NCBI RefSeq assembly: GCF_000025925.1 | Contig: NC_014033.1 | Span: 3,000,001 to 3,032,000 of the forward strand | Reading direction: 5' to 3' | Origin: Xylanibacter ruminicola 23 | Lineage (GTDB): Bacteria > Bacteroidota > Bacteroidia > Bacteroidales > Bacteroidaceae | Length of the DNA: 32,000 nt | Part shown: positions 1 to 9,106 of the stretch, piece by piece | Layout of the letters: each line of letters begins with the position of its first letter | Position numbering within the stretch: position 1 is the first letter of the stretch | Notes under the pieces: generated by a model | Databases searched by the model: none | What the model was told of the DNA's origin: nothing | What the model saw: the letters and a program-made list of their open reading frames with translations, nothing else | Translations under genes and position numbers: made by a program

Positions 1-2279
1 AGGAGATTTGCGAGAAATATAACATCCCCTCGCCTATGGCGGTGATTGATTTGCTGGCGCTGATGGGCGACTCGGCCGATAACTTCCCGGGCTGTCCTGG
101 TGTTGGCGAGAAAACTGCCGCTAAACTCATCGACGAGTTCGGAAGCATCGAACAGTTGTTGGCACGTTCGTCAGAAATAAAAGGTAAGCTCCGCGAAAAA
201 GTGGAGCAACATGTTGAGGACATCAAGATGAGCTACTTCCTGGCAACCATCAAAACCGATGTACCCATCGAGCTCGATATGGAAAATTTGAAACTCGTGG
301 AACCAAACGAGGACGAATTGGGCAAATTGCTCACAGAACTGGAGATGAAGAGCTTCGCAGACAGAGTTCTTAAAAAAAGCCAAAAACCGCAAAAAGTCGT
401 AAATCAGCAACTCGATCTCTTTGCAGAATTTGCGACCGACGGGCAAGCTGTGAACGAAAACACGAGTTTTGAGACGCTAAAAACTACGCCTCACAACTAC
501 AAACTCGTTGAAAATCAGGAGGATTTGAAGAAACTTTGTGATTATTTCTTGACAAACAAAATTCTCAGTCTAGACACGGAGACCACTTCAACCAGCGCTA
601 TCGACGCAGAATTGGTAGGTTTGAGCTTCGCCGTAAAGGAATTCGAGGCGTTTTACGTACCCGTTCCAGCCAATCGTGAAGAAGCGTTGCAAATTGTTAA
701 TATCTTTAAACCCGCATACGAGAACCCCGAAATTCTAAAAGTTGGTCAGAATTTGAAGTACGACCTCGAGGTGCTCAGAAATTACGGCATCGAACTGAAA
801 GGAAAAATGTGGGACACGATGATAGCCCACTATCTCATCCAGCCCGAACTGCATCATAACATGGACTACATGGCTGAGATCTATCTGAACTATCAAACCA
901 TCCACATCGAAGAACTCATCGGCCCAAAAGGCAAGAACCAAAAATCGATGCGCTCTCTCCCACCCTCACAGGTTTACGAGTATGCCGCCGAGGATGCTGA
1001 TATCACACTGCGACTAAAGAATAAACTGGAACCAGAGTTGAAGAAGGCCGAGTGCGAAGACCTATTCTATAATATAGAGATGCCACTGATGCCTGTATTG
1101 GCTGAAATGGAGTTGAATGGTGTTTGTTTGGATACAGCATCTCTGGCCGAAACGTCAAAACAATTCACCAACCGCATGAACGAAATCGAAGCCCGTATCT
1201 ACGAGTTGGCAGGCGAACAGTTTAACATCGCATCGCCAAAGCAAGTTGGTGAGATACTCTTCGACAAGCTCAAGATAGTAGAGAAGGCCAAGAAAACTAA
1301 AACTGGACAGTATGTTACTTCGGAAGAAGTTTTGCAGCAACTCCGAAACAAGCACGAGATAGTTGCAGACATATTGGAACACAGAGGGTTAAAGAAGCTG
1401 ATAGGCACCTACATCGATGCCCTACCTAAGCTTATTAACCCTAAAACCGGTCATATCCACACCTCGTTTAATCAAACGATTACCGCTACCGGACGCTTGT
1501 CGTCGTCCGATCCTAACCTGCAGAATATCCCCATTCGTGGTGAGGATGGCAAGGAAATCCGAAAGGCATTCATTCCAGAACCAGGTTGTCTGTTCTTTTC
1601 AGCCGACTATAGTCAGATTGAGCTGCGCGTTATGGCTCATCTCTCGCAGGATGCCGAAATGATAAAAGTGTTCAGCGAGGGTAAGGATTTGCATGCCGCC
1701 ACAGCTGCCAATATATACAAAAAGCCCATCGAAGAGGTTACACGCGACGAACGAACCAAATCGAAACGCGCCAACTTCGGTATCATCTACGGTATAACCG
1801 TATTTGGACTTGCTGAGCGTCTGGATATCCCTCGCGACGAAGCTAAGATGCTGATAGACGGTTACTTCGACACCTTCCCACAGGTACACGATTATATGGA
1901 AAAATCTAAAGAAGTGGCTCGCGAGAAGGGTTACGTCACTACCCTATTCGGTCGTCGCCGCTATCTGCCAGATATTAACAGCCACAATGCTACCGTTCGC
2001 GGCTTTGCTGAGCGAAACGCCATCAACGCCCCAATTCAGGGCACTGCTGCCGATATCATCAAGGTGGCTATGATTCGCATCTACAACCGCTTTAAGGCCG
2101 AAGGAATACGCTCTAAAATGATTCTGCAGGTACACGACGAATTGAACTTCTCGGTGTACCCAGATGAGAAGGAAAAAGTAGAGGGCATCGTGCTCCAAGA
2201 GATGCAGAATGCCCTGAACTTAAGCGTACCCCTGGTGGCCGATTCTGGCTTTGGCAAGAATTGGCTCGAGGCGCACTAA
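1..2279 (+). CDS. polA: DNA polymerase I, 5' end cut by the window edge. The reading frame is already open from nt 3, upstream of the listed ATG at 36.
   Basis: The H3TH part of the 5'-3' exonuclease domain is present (LALMGDSADNFPGCPGVGEKTAAKL). The 3'-5' exonuclease ExoI motif is LSLDTETTS. Polymerase motifs A (DYSQIELR), B (KSKRANFGIIYG) and C (QVHDEL) are all present. Codons upstream of nt 36 (EICEKYNIPSP) continue the frame. Confidence 0.95.
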   Translation, partial: EICEKYNIPSPMAVIDLLALMGDSADNFPGCPGVGEKTAAKLIDEFGSIEQLLARSSEIKGKLREKVEQHVEDIKMSYFLATIKTDVPIELDMENLKLVEPNEDELGKLLTELEMKSFADRVLKKSQKPQKVVNQQLDLFAEFATDGQAVNENTSFETLKTTPHNYKLVENQEDLKKLCDYFLTNKILSLDTETTSTSAIDAELVGLSFAVKEFEAFYVPVPANREEALQIVNIFKPAYENPEILKVGQNLKYDLEVLRNYGIELKGKMWDTMIAHYLIQPELHHNMDYMAEIYLNYQTIHIEELIGPKGKNQKSMRSLPPSQVYEYAAEDADITLRLKNKLEPELKKAECEDLFYNIEMPLMPVLAEMELNGVCLDTASLAETSKQFTNRMNEIEARIYELAGEQFNIASPKQVGEILFDKLKIVEKAKKTKTGQYVTSEEVLQQLRNKHEIVADILEHRGLKKLIGTYIDALPKLINPKTGHIHTSFNQTITATGRLSSSDPNLQNIPIRGEDGKEIRKAFIPEPGCLFFSADYSQIELRVMAHLSQDAEMIKVFSEGKDLHAATAANIYKKPIEEVTRDERTKSKRANFGIIYGITVFGLAERLDIPRDEAKMLIDGYFDTFPQVHDYMEKSKEVAREKGYVTTLFGRRRYLPDINSHNATVRGFAERNAINAPIQGTAADIIKVAMIRIYNRFKAEGIRSKMILQVHDELNFSVYPDEKEKVEGIVLQEMQNALNLSVPLVADSGFGKNWLEAH

Positions 2280-3941
2280 TTAGTAATTAAACGATGATCC
2301 GCCAAGGAACTCGCGAAGCAGCGACGTTGGTGGAATCTGAGTCTCAGGTATGGGACGGATATAGCGAAGGAACTTCAGCAGGCGATAAGCCTCTGCATGT
2401 TCCTTTGAATTTTCTGGAACCTGCTCTAACAGCGGCTCAGCCTGACTCTTAATCACAGCCAGTTCGAACAGCATAGCGGTGTTAAACATCGCATCGGCAT
2501 TCTCCTGGAACGGGAAAATCCACTTGTTCTCCCCTGCCCTAACGCTTGGCCATCTGCGAATGCTCTCCTGAGCACTCACACCACGATACTTGTAGTCGCG
2601 GATAATACGGCGCAGCAGGCGGTTATCGGTAGTTGGGATATAGTTGTGATTATCGAGCAGAATGGTAGTAAGGGCCGAAGCATAGACACGGAAAATCTGA
2701 TCGTTGGGAATCTCCGAAGTCAACTCTGGATTCAAGGCATGGATACCTTCTACCACCAGCACTTCGTTACCTTTCAACTGCAGTTTCTTACCACTCCACT
2801 CGCTCTTTCCCTTCTGGAAGTTATAGCGAGGCAACTCTACCTCCTCGCCTCTGAACAATGCCGAAAGCTGCTCGTTAAGCAACGGCAGATTCAAGGCATG
2901 CAGGTGCTCAAAATCGTAATCGCCCTTATCATCTTTTGGCGTTTGCTCGCGGTCAAGGAAATAATCATCCAGCGATATACCAACGGGATGGATACCATTT
3001 ACGGCCAACTGCACGCTAAGACGCTTACAGGTAGTAGTTTTACCCGATGACGAAGGACCAGCTATCAGCACCAGTTTTACGCCCTTACGCTGGGCAATCT
3101 CGTCGGCAATATTAGCAATCTTCTTTTCCTGCAGCGCCTCGCTAATCTGTATGAGTTCCGACGAATGGCCATTCATGATAGTCTCGTTCAGGTCGCCAAT
3201 GGTTCGCAAACCTAAGATATCCTGCCACTGATGGTGCTCCTTAAAGATGCCGAACATCTTATCCTGATGCAACATCTCACCCAACTCGTTAGGATGCTCG
3301 CGCGATGGCAAACGCAACAGCAAACCATCAAAATATTTCTCAAGTCCAAACAAGTAAAGCTGCTTGGTGTTCGTGAGCAAAGCACCATAGTAATAATCTA
3401 TGTAACCATCTATCTCATAATAAGTTGTGTACAGTCTGCCTGTAGACTTCAACAGTTTTACCTTCGAACGGTTATGCAGAATGTCGAACATCCTGATAGC
3501 CTCTTCGGTAGTGGTTTCGTAACGATGAATGGGCAAAGCGGCATCGATGATTTCCTGCATACGGCGACGGATGGCACCCACATCATCCAGCGAGATTGGA
3601 CGACCGATTGACAGGTTTACAAAAGAGCCATTTGATACAGGGATATCAATAGACACCTTACAGGGCGTAAACAAATCGTGCACAGCCTTGCAAAGCACAA
3701 AGAACAAACTGCGAGTATAAGCACGCGAACCACTCGACGAGCAGATATCCAGAAACTCTACCTGTTTCTGCTTGTACAAGCGGTAGTGCATACCCTCTAC
3801 CTTATTATTTACATGTGCCGAGATGGGACCATGCTCGATCTCAACACCCGACAAAGCATATACATCTTCGATAGTAGATCCTACAGGAACCTCTACAGCT
3901 TTATCGTTATTTACAATATGTATTTTTACTAACTTCTCCAT
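2280..3941 (-). CDS. Nucleoside (uridine kinase/PRK-family) P-loop kinase with an N-terminal TGS-like domain
   Basis: 553-aa ORF with Walker A LIAGPSSSGKTTTCKRL and a uridine-kinase-like core (VVEGIHALNPEL, RRIIRDYKYRG). The N-terminus (KIHIVNNDKAVEVPVGSTIEDV) resembles a TGS/ubiquitin-like fold. The exact substrate is not determinable from sequence. Confidence 0.7.
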   Translation of the reverse strand: MEKLVKIHIVNNDKAVEVPVGSTIEDVYALSGVEIEHGPISAHVNNKVEGMHYRLYKQKQVEFLDICSSSGSRAYTRSLFFVLCKAVHDLFTPCKVSIDIPVSNGSFVNLSIGRPISLDDVGAIRRRMQEIIDAALPIHRYETTTEEAIRMFDILHNRSKVKLLKSTGRLYTTYYEIDGYIDYYYGALLTNTKQLYLFGLEKYFDGLLLRLPSREHPNELGEMLHQDKMFGIFKEHHQWQDILGLRTIGDLNETIMNGHSSELIQISEALQEKKIANIADEIAQRKGVKLVLIAGPSSSGKTTTCKRLSVQLAVNGIHPVGISLDDYFLDREQTPKDDKGDYDFEHLHALNLPLLNEQLSALFRGEEVELPRYNFQKGKSEWSGKKLQLKGNEVLVVEGIHALNPELTSEIPNDQIFRVYASALTTILLDNHNYIPTTDNRLLRRIIRDYKYRGVSAQESIRRWPSVRAGENKWIFPFQENADAMFNTAMLFELAVIKSQAEPLLEQVPENSKEHAEAYRLLKFLRYIRPIPETQIPPTSLLREFLGGSSFNY

Positions 3942-3975
3942 AAGCCTTAAATTGAGTTTTTAATTATTTTGTCTG

Positions 3976-3983
3976 CAAAGATA
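3976..3983 (-). promoter_or_regulatory. Bacteroidota -7 promoter box (TATCTTTG on the minus strand) for the kinase gene
   Basis: The reverse complement of caaagata is TATCTTTG, which matches TAnnTTTG. It lies about 35 nt upstream of the minus-strand ATG at 3941. Confidence 0.4.
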
Positions 3984-4025
3984 ACATTTTTCTGAAATCT
4001 TAACTTACATTTCAGAGTTTTTTTT

Positions 4026-4033
4026 TATCTTTG
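4026..4033 (+). promoter_or_regulatory. Bacteroidota -7 promoter box TATCTTTG for the Na/Pi cotransporter gene
   Basis: TAnnTTTG match 33 nt upstream of the ATG at 4066. Confidence 0.45.
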
Positions 4034-4065
4034 TCCCCGAATTACTAAATATAGATACGATTTTT

Positions 4066-5802
4066 ATGTCAATCTGGATTATTTTCAAACTCCTGGGATC
4101 GCTTGCGCTATTGATGTTCGGTATGAAGTCGATGAGTGAGGCATTACAGAAGATGGCGGGTCCACAATTACGCCATGTGTTAGGTGCGATGACAACCAAT
4201 CGCTTTACCGGCATGCTTACAGGTATGCTTGTTACAGCTTCAGTACAGTCATCAACAGCCACCACTGTGATGACTGTTTCGTTTGTTAATGCGGGCTTGT
4301 TAACCTTGGCACAAGCAATTTCGGTTATCATGGGTGCCAACATCGGAACCACCCTTACCGCCTGGATTATGTCGGCAGGTATGTCATTCGATATTACCAG
4401 CGCTGTTTATCCGGCATTCTTCCTAGGCATCATACTGATTTATCAGAAGAGATACCGCTATATCGGCGATTTCCTGTTCGGACTATCGTTCCTGCTGATG
4501 GGACTGGGTACGCTGAGAATGACGGGCACAGAGATGCATTTGGGCGAAAACCAGGCCCTACTCGACTTCTTTGCATCGTTCGATCCCGATTCGTTCTTCA
4601 CCACCCTGATATTCCTGTTCTTAGGCGGCGTACTTACCTTCTGCGTACAGTCGTCGGCAGCAGTTATGGCCATCACCATGATTCTCTGTTCTAGTGGCGC
4701 TCTGCCTATCTATCAGGGTATTGCATTAGTTATGGGTGAGAATATCGGAACCACCATTACCTCAAACCTCGCTGCCCTATCGGCCAATACTCAGGCCCGT
4801 AGAGCTGCCCTCGCCCACATGTTCTTCAACGTGTTTGGTGTGGTTTGGATTCTGTTTGTGTTCCGTCCGTTCATCGACGCCGTTTGCGGCATGGTGGGCT
4901 ACGATGTAAACATGACTAAAGATGCCGTTACAACAAGCGTATTCCTGGCCAACGCCGCCAAACTAAGCTTTGTGCTGGCAGCCTTCCATACCTGCTTTAA
5001 CGTGGCTAACACCTTTATTCTTATTTGGTTTATCCCACAGATTGAGCGCTTTGTATGCTGGGTTATCAAGCCTAAGAAGGTTGACGAGGAAGAGGACTTC
5101 CGCTTGCACTTTATTACCGCCGGCTTCATGAAAACACCAGAGCTTTCGGTGCTCGAGGCACAGAAGGAAATCCAGTCGTTCTCGGATCGTATGCAGCGTA
5201 TGTTCAATATGGTTCGCGAACTGCTCACCCTCTCGTCAAGCTCAAGCAGTAAGAAGGATAATCGCGACTCTGAGTTTAACAAGCTTTACACCCGCATTGA
5301 GAAATACGAAGGCATCAGCGATAACATGGAGATTGAGATTGCCAACTATCTTAACTCCGTGAGCGACGCTCACCTGTCAGACGACTCAAAGGCTAAGATT
5401 CGTGCTATGTTACGCGAAATCAGCGAGTTAGAGAGTATTGGAGATGCTTGTTTCAACATGGCTCGTACCATTTCGAGAAAGTACAACGGCAAACAGGATC
5501 ACTTTAACGAGAAGCAGTACGACCACATCCATCAGATGATGGAGCTCACCGATCAGTCGCTCTCACAGATGAACCGACTGATGATGGGCCGCAAGGAGTC
5601 GTTCGATGTAAACCGCACTTTCAATATCGAGCACGAAATCAATAACTTCCGCGACCAGCTCAAGTCGCAGAACATCAACGATGTTAACAACCGCGAGTAC
5701 ACTTACGCCGTTGGTACCATTTATATGGACCTGATTAACGAGTGTGAGAAGCTGGGCGACTATGTAGTTAACGTAGTTGAGGCAAGAATGGGTCTTAGAT
5801 AA
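4066..5802 (+). CDS. Na+/phosphate cotransporter family protein (NptA/YjbB-like) with a C-terminal PhoU-like domain
   Basis: The N-terminus LLGSLALLMFGMKSMSEALQK and the repeated GANIGTT / GENIGTT motifs are typical of the Na/Pi cotransporter II-related family. The soluble helical C-terminal half is PhoU-like. Confidence 0.85.
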   Translation: MSIWIIFKLLGSLALLMFGMKSMSEALQKMAGPQLRHVLGAMTTNRFTGMLTGMLVTASVQSSTATTVMTVSFVNAGLLTLAQAISVIMGANIGTTLTAWIMSAGMSFDITSAVYPAFFLGIILIYQKRYRYIGDFLFGLSFLLMGLGTLRMTGTEMHLGENQALLDFFASFDPDSFFTTLIFLFLGGVLTFCVQSSAAVMAITMILCSSGALPIYQGIALVMGENIGTTITSNLAALSANTQARRAALAHMFFNVFGVVWILFVFRPFIDAVCGMVGYDVNMTKDAVTTSVFLANAAKLSFVLAAFHTCFNVANTFILIWFIPQIERFVCWVIKPKKVDEEEDFRLHFITAGFMKTPELSVLEAQKEIQSFSDRMQRMFNMVRELLTLSSSSSSKKDNRDSEFNKLYTRIEKYEGISDNMEIEIANYLNSVSDAHLSDDSKAKIRAMLREISELESIGDACFNMARTISRKYNGKQDHFNEKQYDHIHQMMELTDQSLSQMNRLMMGRKESFDVNRTFNIEHEINNFRDQLKSQNINDVNNREYTYAVGTIYMDLINECEKLGDYVVNVVEARMGLR

Positions 5803-5834
5803 ACAACAATCCGATAACGATTGGTTTCAAAGGC

Positions 5835-5877
5835 AGAAACTGTCAGTTCCTCAGGCGGGAACTGGCAGTTTCTTTAT
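5835..5877 (+). terminator. Intrinsic-terminator-like hairpin with a 16-bp stem. It is copy A of a repeated intergenic element.
   Basis: AGAAACTGTCAGTTCC (5835..5850) pairs with GGAACTGGCAGTTTCT (5858..5873) with one G-U wobble and a 7-nt loop, followed by TTAT. It lies 33 nt after the stop codon at 5802. Confidence 0.55.
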
Positions 5878-5951
5878 GAGAAAACCATCCTTTCCAACTG
5901 GTAAAACATAAAAATATGCCATAAAAGTATGGCTATTATAGAAAATATCAT

Positions 5952-5959
5952 TACCTTTG
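5952..5959 (+). promoter_or_regulatory. -7 promoter box TACCTTTG driving the TPP riboswitch leader
   Basis: TAnnTTTG match immediately upstream of the riboswitch aptamer. Confidence 0.45.
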
Positions 5960-5961
5960 CA

Positions 5962-6050
5962 GCCAATTATCAAGGGGTGCCTACGAGTGTAGGCTGAGAT
6001 GATACCCTCTAACCTGATCTGGATTATGCCAGCGTAGGGATGGATAGCAG
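5962..6050 (+). promoter_or_regulatory. TPP (THI-box) riboswitch
   Basis: Contains the conserved THI-element core GGGGTGCC...GGCTGAGA...ACCC...AACCTGATCTGGATTATGCCAGCGTAGGGA. A short P1 can form between TATC (5968..5971) and GATA (6043..6046). The element sits directly upstream of a TonB-dependent receptor and a PnuC-family gene. Confidence 0.85.
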
Positions 6051-6097
6051 ACAATAAACACCCCCTTAACATTATTAATTATTGATACTATTGTAGT

Positions 6098-8449
6098 ATG
6101 AAAAGATTTGTTTTAGGAATGGCTGCATTAGTGTGTGCAGCAGGCGCAAACGCACAGCGTAAAGCAGCCCTCTACGATTCTACACAAGTAGAAGCGCTGA
6201 ACGAAATTGTAGTAAAAGGTGTCAGGACACAGAAAAATGCACCATTTGCAGTAGCAAACATCAAGAAAAAGGAGCTTAACGCTTTCTCGAACACAGGAAA
6301 AGAATTGCCTTTCCTCTTTTCGCAGACCCCAGGTGTACTGGCTTGGAGCGAAAACGGACTGGGCACAGGTACTACTTATATGCGCATTCGTGGTGCAGGC
6401 GATTCGCGCATCAACGTAACACTGGATGGCGTACCCCTGAATTCGCCTGAAGATCAGTGTGTTTTCTGGGCCAACATGAACTCTTACGGTTCGCTGTTAG
6501 GTAGTGTACAGATTCAGCGCGGTGTAGGCACATCAACCAACGGTGATGGCGCCTTTGGCGGAACTGTAGCACTCGCTTCAGCCATTCCAAATCAGAAGGC
6601 TGGGGGAGAAGTGTCAGTATCATACGGCTCATTCAACACATTCAATGTAGGTGGAAAGTTCTCAACAGGTTTACTGTGGAATCATCTGATTTTTGATGGT
6701 GCCTATCACGAGACCAATACTGATGGATTTATCCATGGAACCAGCGGACGCAGCGGTTCTTACTATGGCGGACTCACCTGGATTGGCAACAAGTTCCAGA
6801 TTCGTTATAAGAACATCGGAAACTTTGAAAAAACCGGTCAGGCTTGGAACGGCGTAACAGCAGGCGACAACGATATGAGTCTGATGGACGGAACTTACGG
6901 TATCAACACTGGCATCAAGACCTACAAGGATATGTGGAACGCCGGTCTGGGCAAGTACAACTCGCTGTACGAATACCTGACTGGTTACGAAAAAGATGCC
7001 AACGGCAACTATCCCACAGCGCGCTATCAGCTGAACGACGGCAGCTATTGGAACAAAACCACCGATAACTTCTGGCAGAACCACAACATCCTCTCAGCCG
7101 CCTACGATATCAACGACAACTGGAGCATTTCAGGTTCGCTGCACTACACTTACGGCTACGGCTATTATAACGAGTTCCGTCCTCAGAACAAGCTGAAGAA
7201 GTTTGGCATGACCTACAGCGGCGTTAAAAAGACCGACTTCGTGCGCCAGAAAGGACTGAGCCAGAACACTTACGGTTTTATCTGGAATGCAAACTACAAG
7301 AACGATGCATGGGATGTTATCGGCGGCATGTCGCTTCAGGAGTTCGACGGCAATCACTTTGGTTATGTTACCTATATTGCCAACGATGATGTACGAAAGA
7401 AATACATGTCTAATGGCGACTACAAATACTACGATTCTGATGCCACCAAGTTTGATGGTAGCGCCTTTGTAAAGGCTGCTTATCACATCAACGAACAGTG
7501 GGATATCTTCGGCGACCTGCAGTATCGCTACGTACAGTACGAAAGTAACGGTATTAACGATAAGTTCTACGAAGAGGGCAGCAGCTATTACAACCAGCGC
7601 CTCGATATCGATCAGAAGTATCGTTTCCTGAATCCCAAGGCCGGTTTCTCTTGGAATCTGAACAATCACCGCATTTACGGATCGGTAGCACTTAGCCACC
7701 GCGAACCAGAACGTAATAACTTTACAGATAATGGTGCAAAGCCATTCCCTAAGGCCGAAAGCCTGTTAGATTACGAGTTGGGTTACACCTTTAACAACGA
7801 CATCTTCCGCTTTGGTGTAAACCTTTATTACATGGACTACACCAACCAGTTTGTACAGACTGGCGAGAAGAGTGATATTGGCGAGGATCTTACCACAAAC
7901 ATCAAAGACTCATACCGTATGGGCGTAGAAATCCAGGGTGGGGTAGATGTTACCTCTTGGCTCAGCATTGAGGGTAATGCTTCACTCAGCCAGAATAAAA
8001 TCAAAGACTTCGACGAGGTGGCCAGCGTAAACTGGGAAGAGTCGTTCCGCACTATCCACTACGACAACTCTACACTTGCTTTCTCACCCTCAACCATCCT
8101 GAACGGTTTTGTAAACCTGCATTGGAATGGTTTGCAGGCTGTATGGCACACCAATTTTGTAAGCCGTCAGTACCTGGATAATACAGAGAACGCTGATCGT
8201 TCGCTGCCTTGCTACTCAGCTTCTGATGCCAACATCAGCTACACCTGGAAACCCAATAAAGCCATCAAGGAGTGCATCTTCGGTCTGAATTTCAACAACA
8301 TCTTCAATCGTCGCTATGCCGCCAATGGCTGGGTATATTCAAGCATCGTTGAAGAATACGGTCATCCCAACGAGAACCGCTACTATCAGATTGGATTCAT
8401 TCCTATGGCAGGCTTTACAATGATGGGTAATGTAACACTCCGATTCTAA
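6098..8449 (+). CDS. TonB-dependent outer-membrane receptor, TPP-riboswitch controlled (probable thiamine uptake)
   Basis: Signal peptide MKRFVLGMAALVCAAGANAQ. Plug-domain motifs (IVVKG, IRGAGDSRINVTLDGVPLN), a long beta-barrel region and a terminal aromatic residue (TLRF). The substrate is inferred from the riboswitch context. Confidence 0.85.
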   Translation: MKRFVLGMAALVCAAGANAQRKAALYDSTQVEALNEIVVKGVRTQKNAPFAVANIKKKELNAFSNTGKELPFLFSQTPGVLAWSENGLGTGTTYMRIRGAGDSRINVTLDGVPLNSPEDQCVFWANMNSYGSLLGSVQIQRGVGTSTNGDGAFGGTVALASAIPNQKAGGEVSVSYGSFNTFNVGGKFSTGLLWNHLIFDGAYHETNTDGFIHGTSGRSGSYYGGLTWIGNKFQIRYKNIGNFEKTGQAWNGVTAGDNDMSLMDGTYGINTGIKTYKDMWNAGLGKYNSLYEYLTGYEKDANGNYPTARYQLNDGSYWNKTTDNFWQNHNILSAAYDINDNWSISGSLHYTYGYGYYNEFRPQNKLKKFGMTYSGVKKTDFVRQKGLSQNTYGFIWNANYKNDAWDVIGGMSLQEFDGNHFGYVTYIANDDVRKKYMSNGDYKYYDSDATKFDGSAFVKAAYHINEQWDIFGDLQYRYVQYESNGINDKFYEEGSSYYNQRLDIDQKYRFLNPKAGFSWNLNNHRIYGSVALSHREPERNNFTDNGAKPFPKAESLLDYELGYTFNNDIFRFGVNLYYMDYTNQFVQTGEKSDIGEDLTTNIKDSYRMGVEIQGGVDVTSWLSIEGNASLSQNKIKDFDEVASVNWEESFRTIHYDNSTLAFSPSTILNGFVNLHWNGLQAVWHTNFVSRQYLDNTENADRSLPCYSASDANISYTWKPNKAIKECIFGLNFNNIFNRRYAANGWVYSSIVEEYGHPNENRYYQIGFIPMAGFTMMGNVTLRF

Positions 8450-9033
8450 TGGCAGATTTTATTTCAGCACACTGGCTCGACATCACTACCACGTTACTCG
8501 GACTGCTCTATATCCTGTTCGAGTATCGCGCCAGCGTATGGCTTTGGTTTGTAGGATTTCTGATGCAGGCCTTAGGCATTGTGCTATACTATCAAAAAGG
8601 ACTCTATGCCGATTGCGGCATGGAGTTCTATTATCTTTCGATGACCGTTTACGGCTATTGGAAATGGGTACACGGTTCGGCCGAGAAGAAAGAGCTGCCT
8701 ATCACGCGATTCCCACGCCGACTGATAATCCCTTGGTTGGCTGTTATTCTGGCCATCTGGGGCATTATTTATTGGCTGCTGATTACCTTTACCAACAGTA
8801 ACGTTCCAGCAGCCGACAGTTTTACTACAGCCCTCAGCATTGTTGGTATCTGGGCCTTGGCTCATAAATACCTGGAACAATGGTTCATCTGGATTGCTGT
8901 CGACGTTGTAACCTGTGTTCTTTACTTCTATAAGGACATTCCTTTCAAAGCCGGTCTTTATGCACTTTATGTAGTTATTGCCATTTTTGGCTACAAAAAA
9001 TGGAAACGAATGACAGATAATCGCCCTATTTGA
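8449..9033 (+). CDS. pnuT: PnuC-family transporter, PnuT-type (thiamine) by context
   Basis: 194-aa polytopic membrane protein with the W-rich PnuC-like pattern (YGYWKW ... FGYKKWKR). Its start overlaps the receptor stop (TAATG). It is in a TPP-riboswitch operon, the arrangement described for Bacteroidota thiamine uptake. Confidence 0.75.
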   Translation: MADFISAHWLDITTTLLGLLYILFEYRASVWLWFVGFLMQALGIVLYYQKGLYADCGMEFYYLSMTVYGYWKWVHGSAEKKELPITRFPRRLIIPWLAVILAIWGIIYWLLITFTNSNVPAADSFTTALSIVGIWALAHKYLEQWFIWIAVDVVTCVLYFYKDIPFKAGLYALYVVIAIFGYKKWKRMTDNRPI

Positions 9034-9052
9034 GCGGTTTTTTGCAATATAA

Positions 9053-9084
9053 TTTGGCTATCTGCCACGTTTTTCGTACTTTTG
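9053..9084 (+). promoter_or_regulatory. Promoter with -33 TTTG (9053..9056) and -7 TACTTTTG (9077..9084)
   Basis: Both Bacteroidota promoter elements are present with a 20-nt gap, 23 nt upstream of the ATG at 9107. Confidence 0.5.
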
Positions 9085-9106
9085 CAGCGAATTATAACAT
9101 ATTCAA

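Noticed and set aside
3991-4016. An 8-bp inverted repeat, TCTGAAAT-N10-ATTTCAGA, in the divergent promoter region between the kinase and Na/Pi cotransporter genes
   Set aside because: It is short, A/T-rich and single-copy, so it could easily arise by chance in an A/T-rich intergenic region. It may be an operator, but nothing else supports that.
5851-6072. A 73-aa minus-strand ORF in the gap between the Na/Pi cotransporter and the TonB-dependent receptor
   Set aside because: It spans the terminator hairpin, the promoter box and the whole TPP riboswitch on the opposite strand. The region is fully explained by those RNA and regulatory elements.
9022-9046. A possible terminator after pnuT (TCGC...GCGG followed by TTTTTT)
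   Set aside because: The stem is only 4 bp including a G-U pair, with a 9-nt loop. That is too weak to call, even though the T-run is suggestive.
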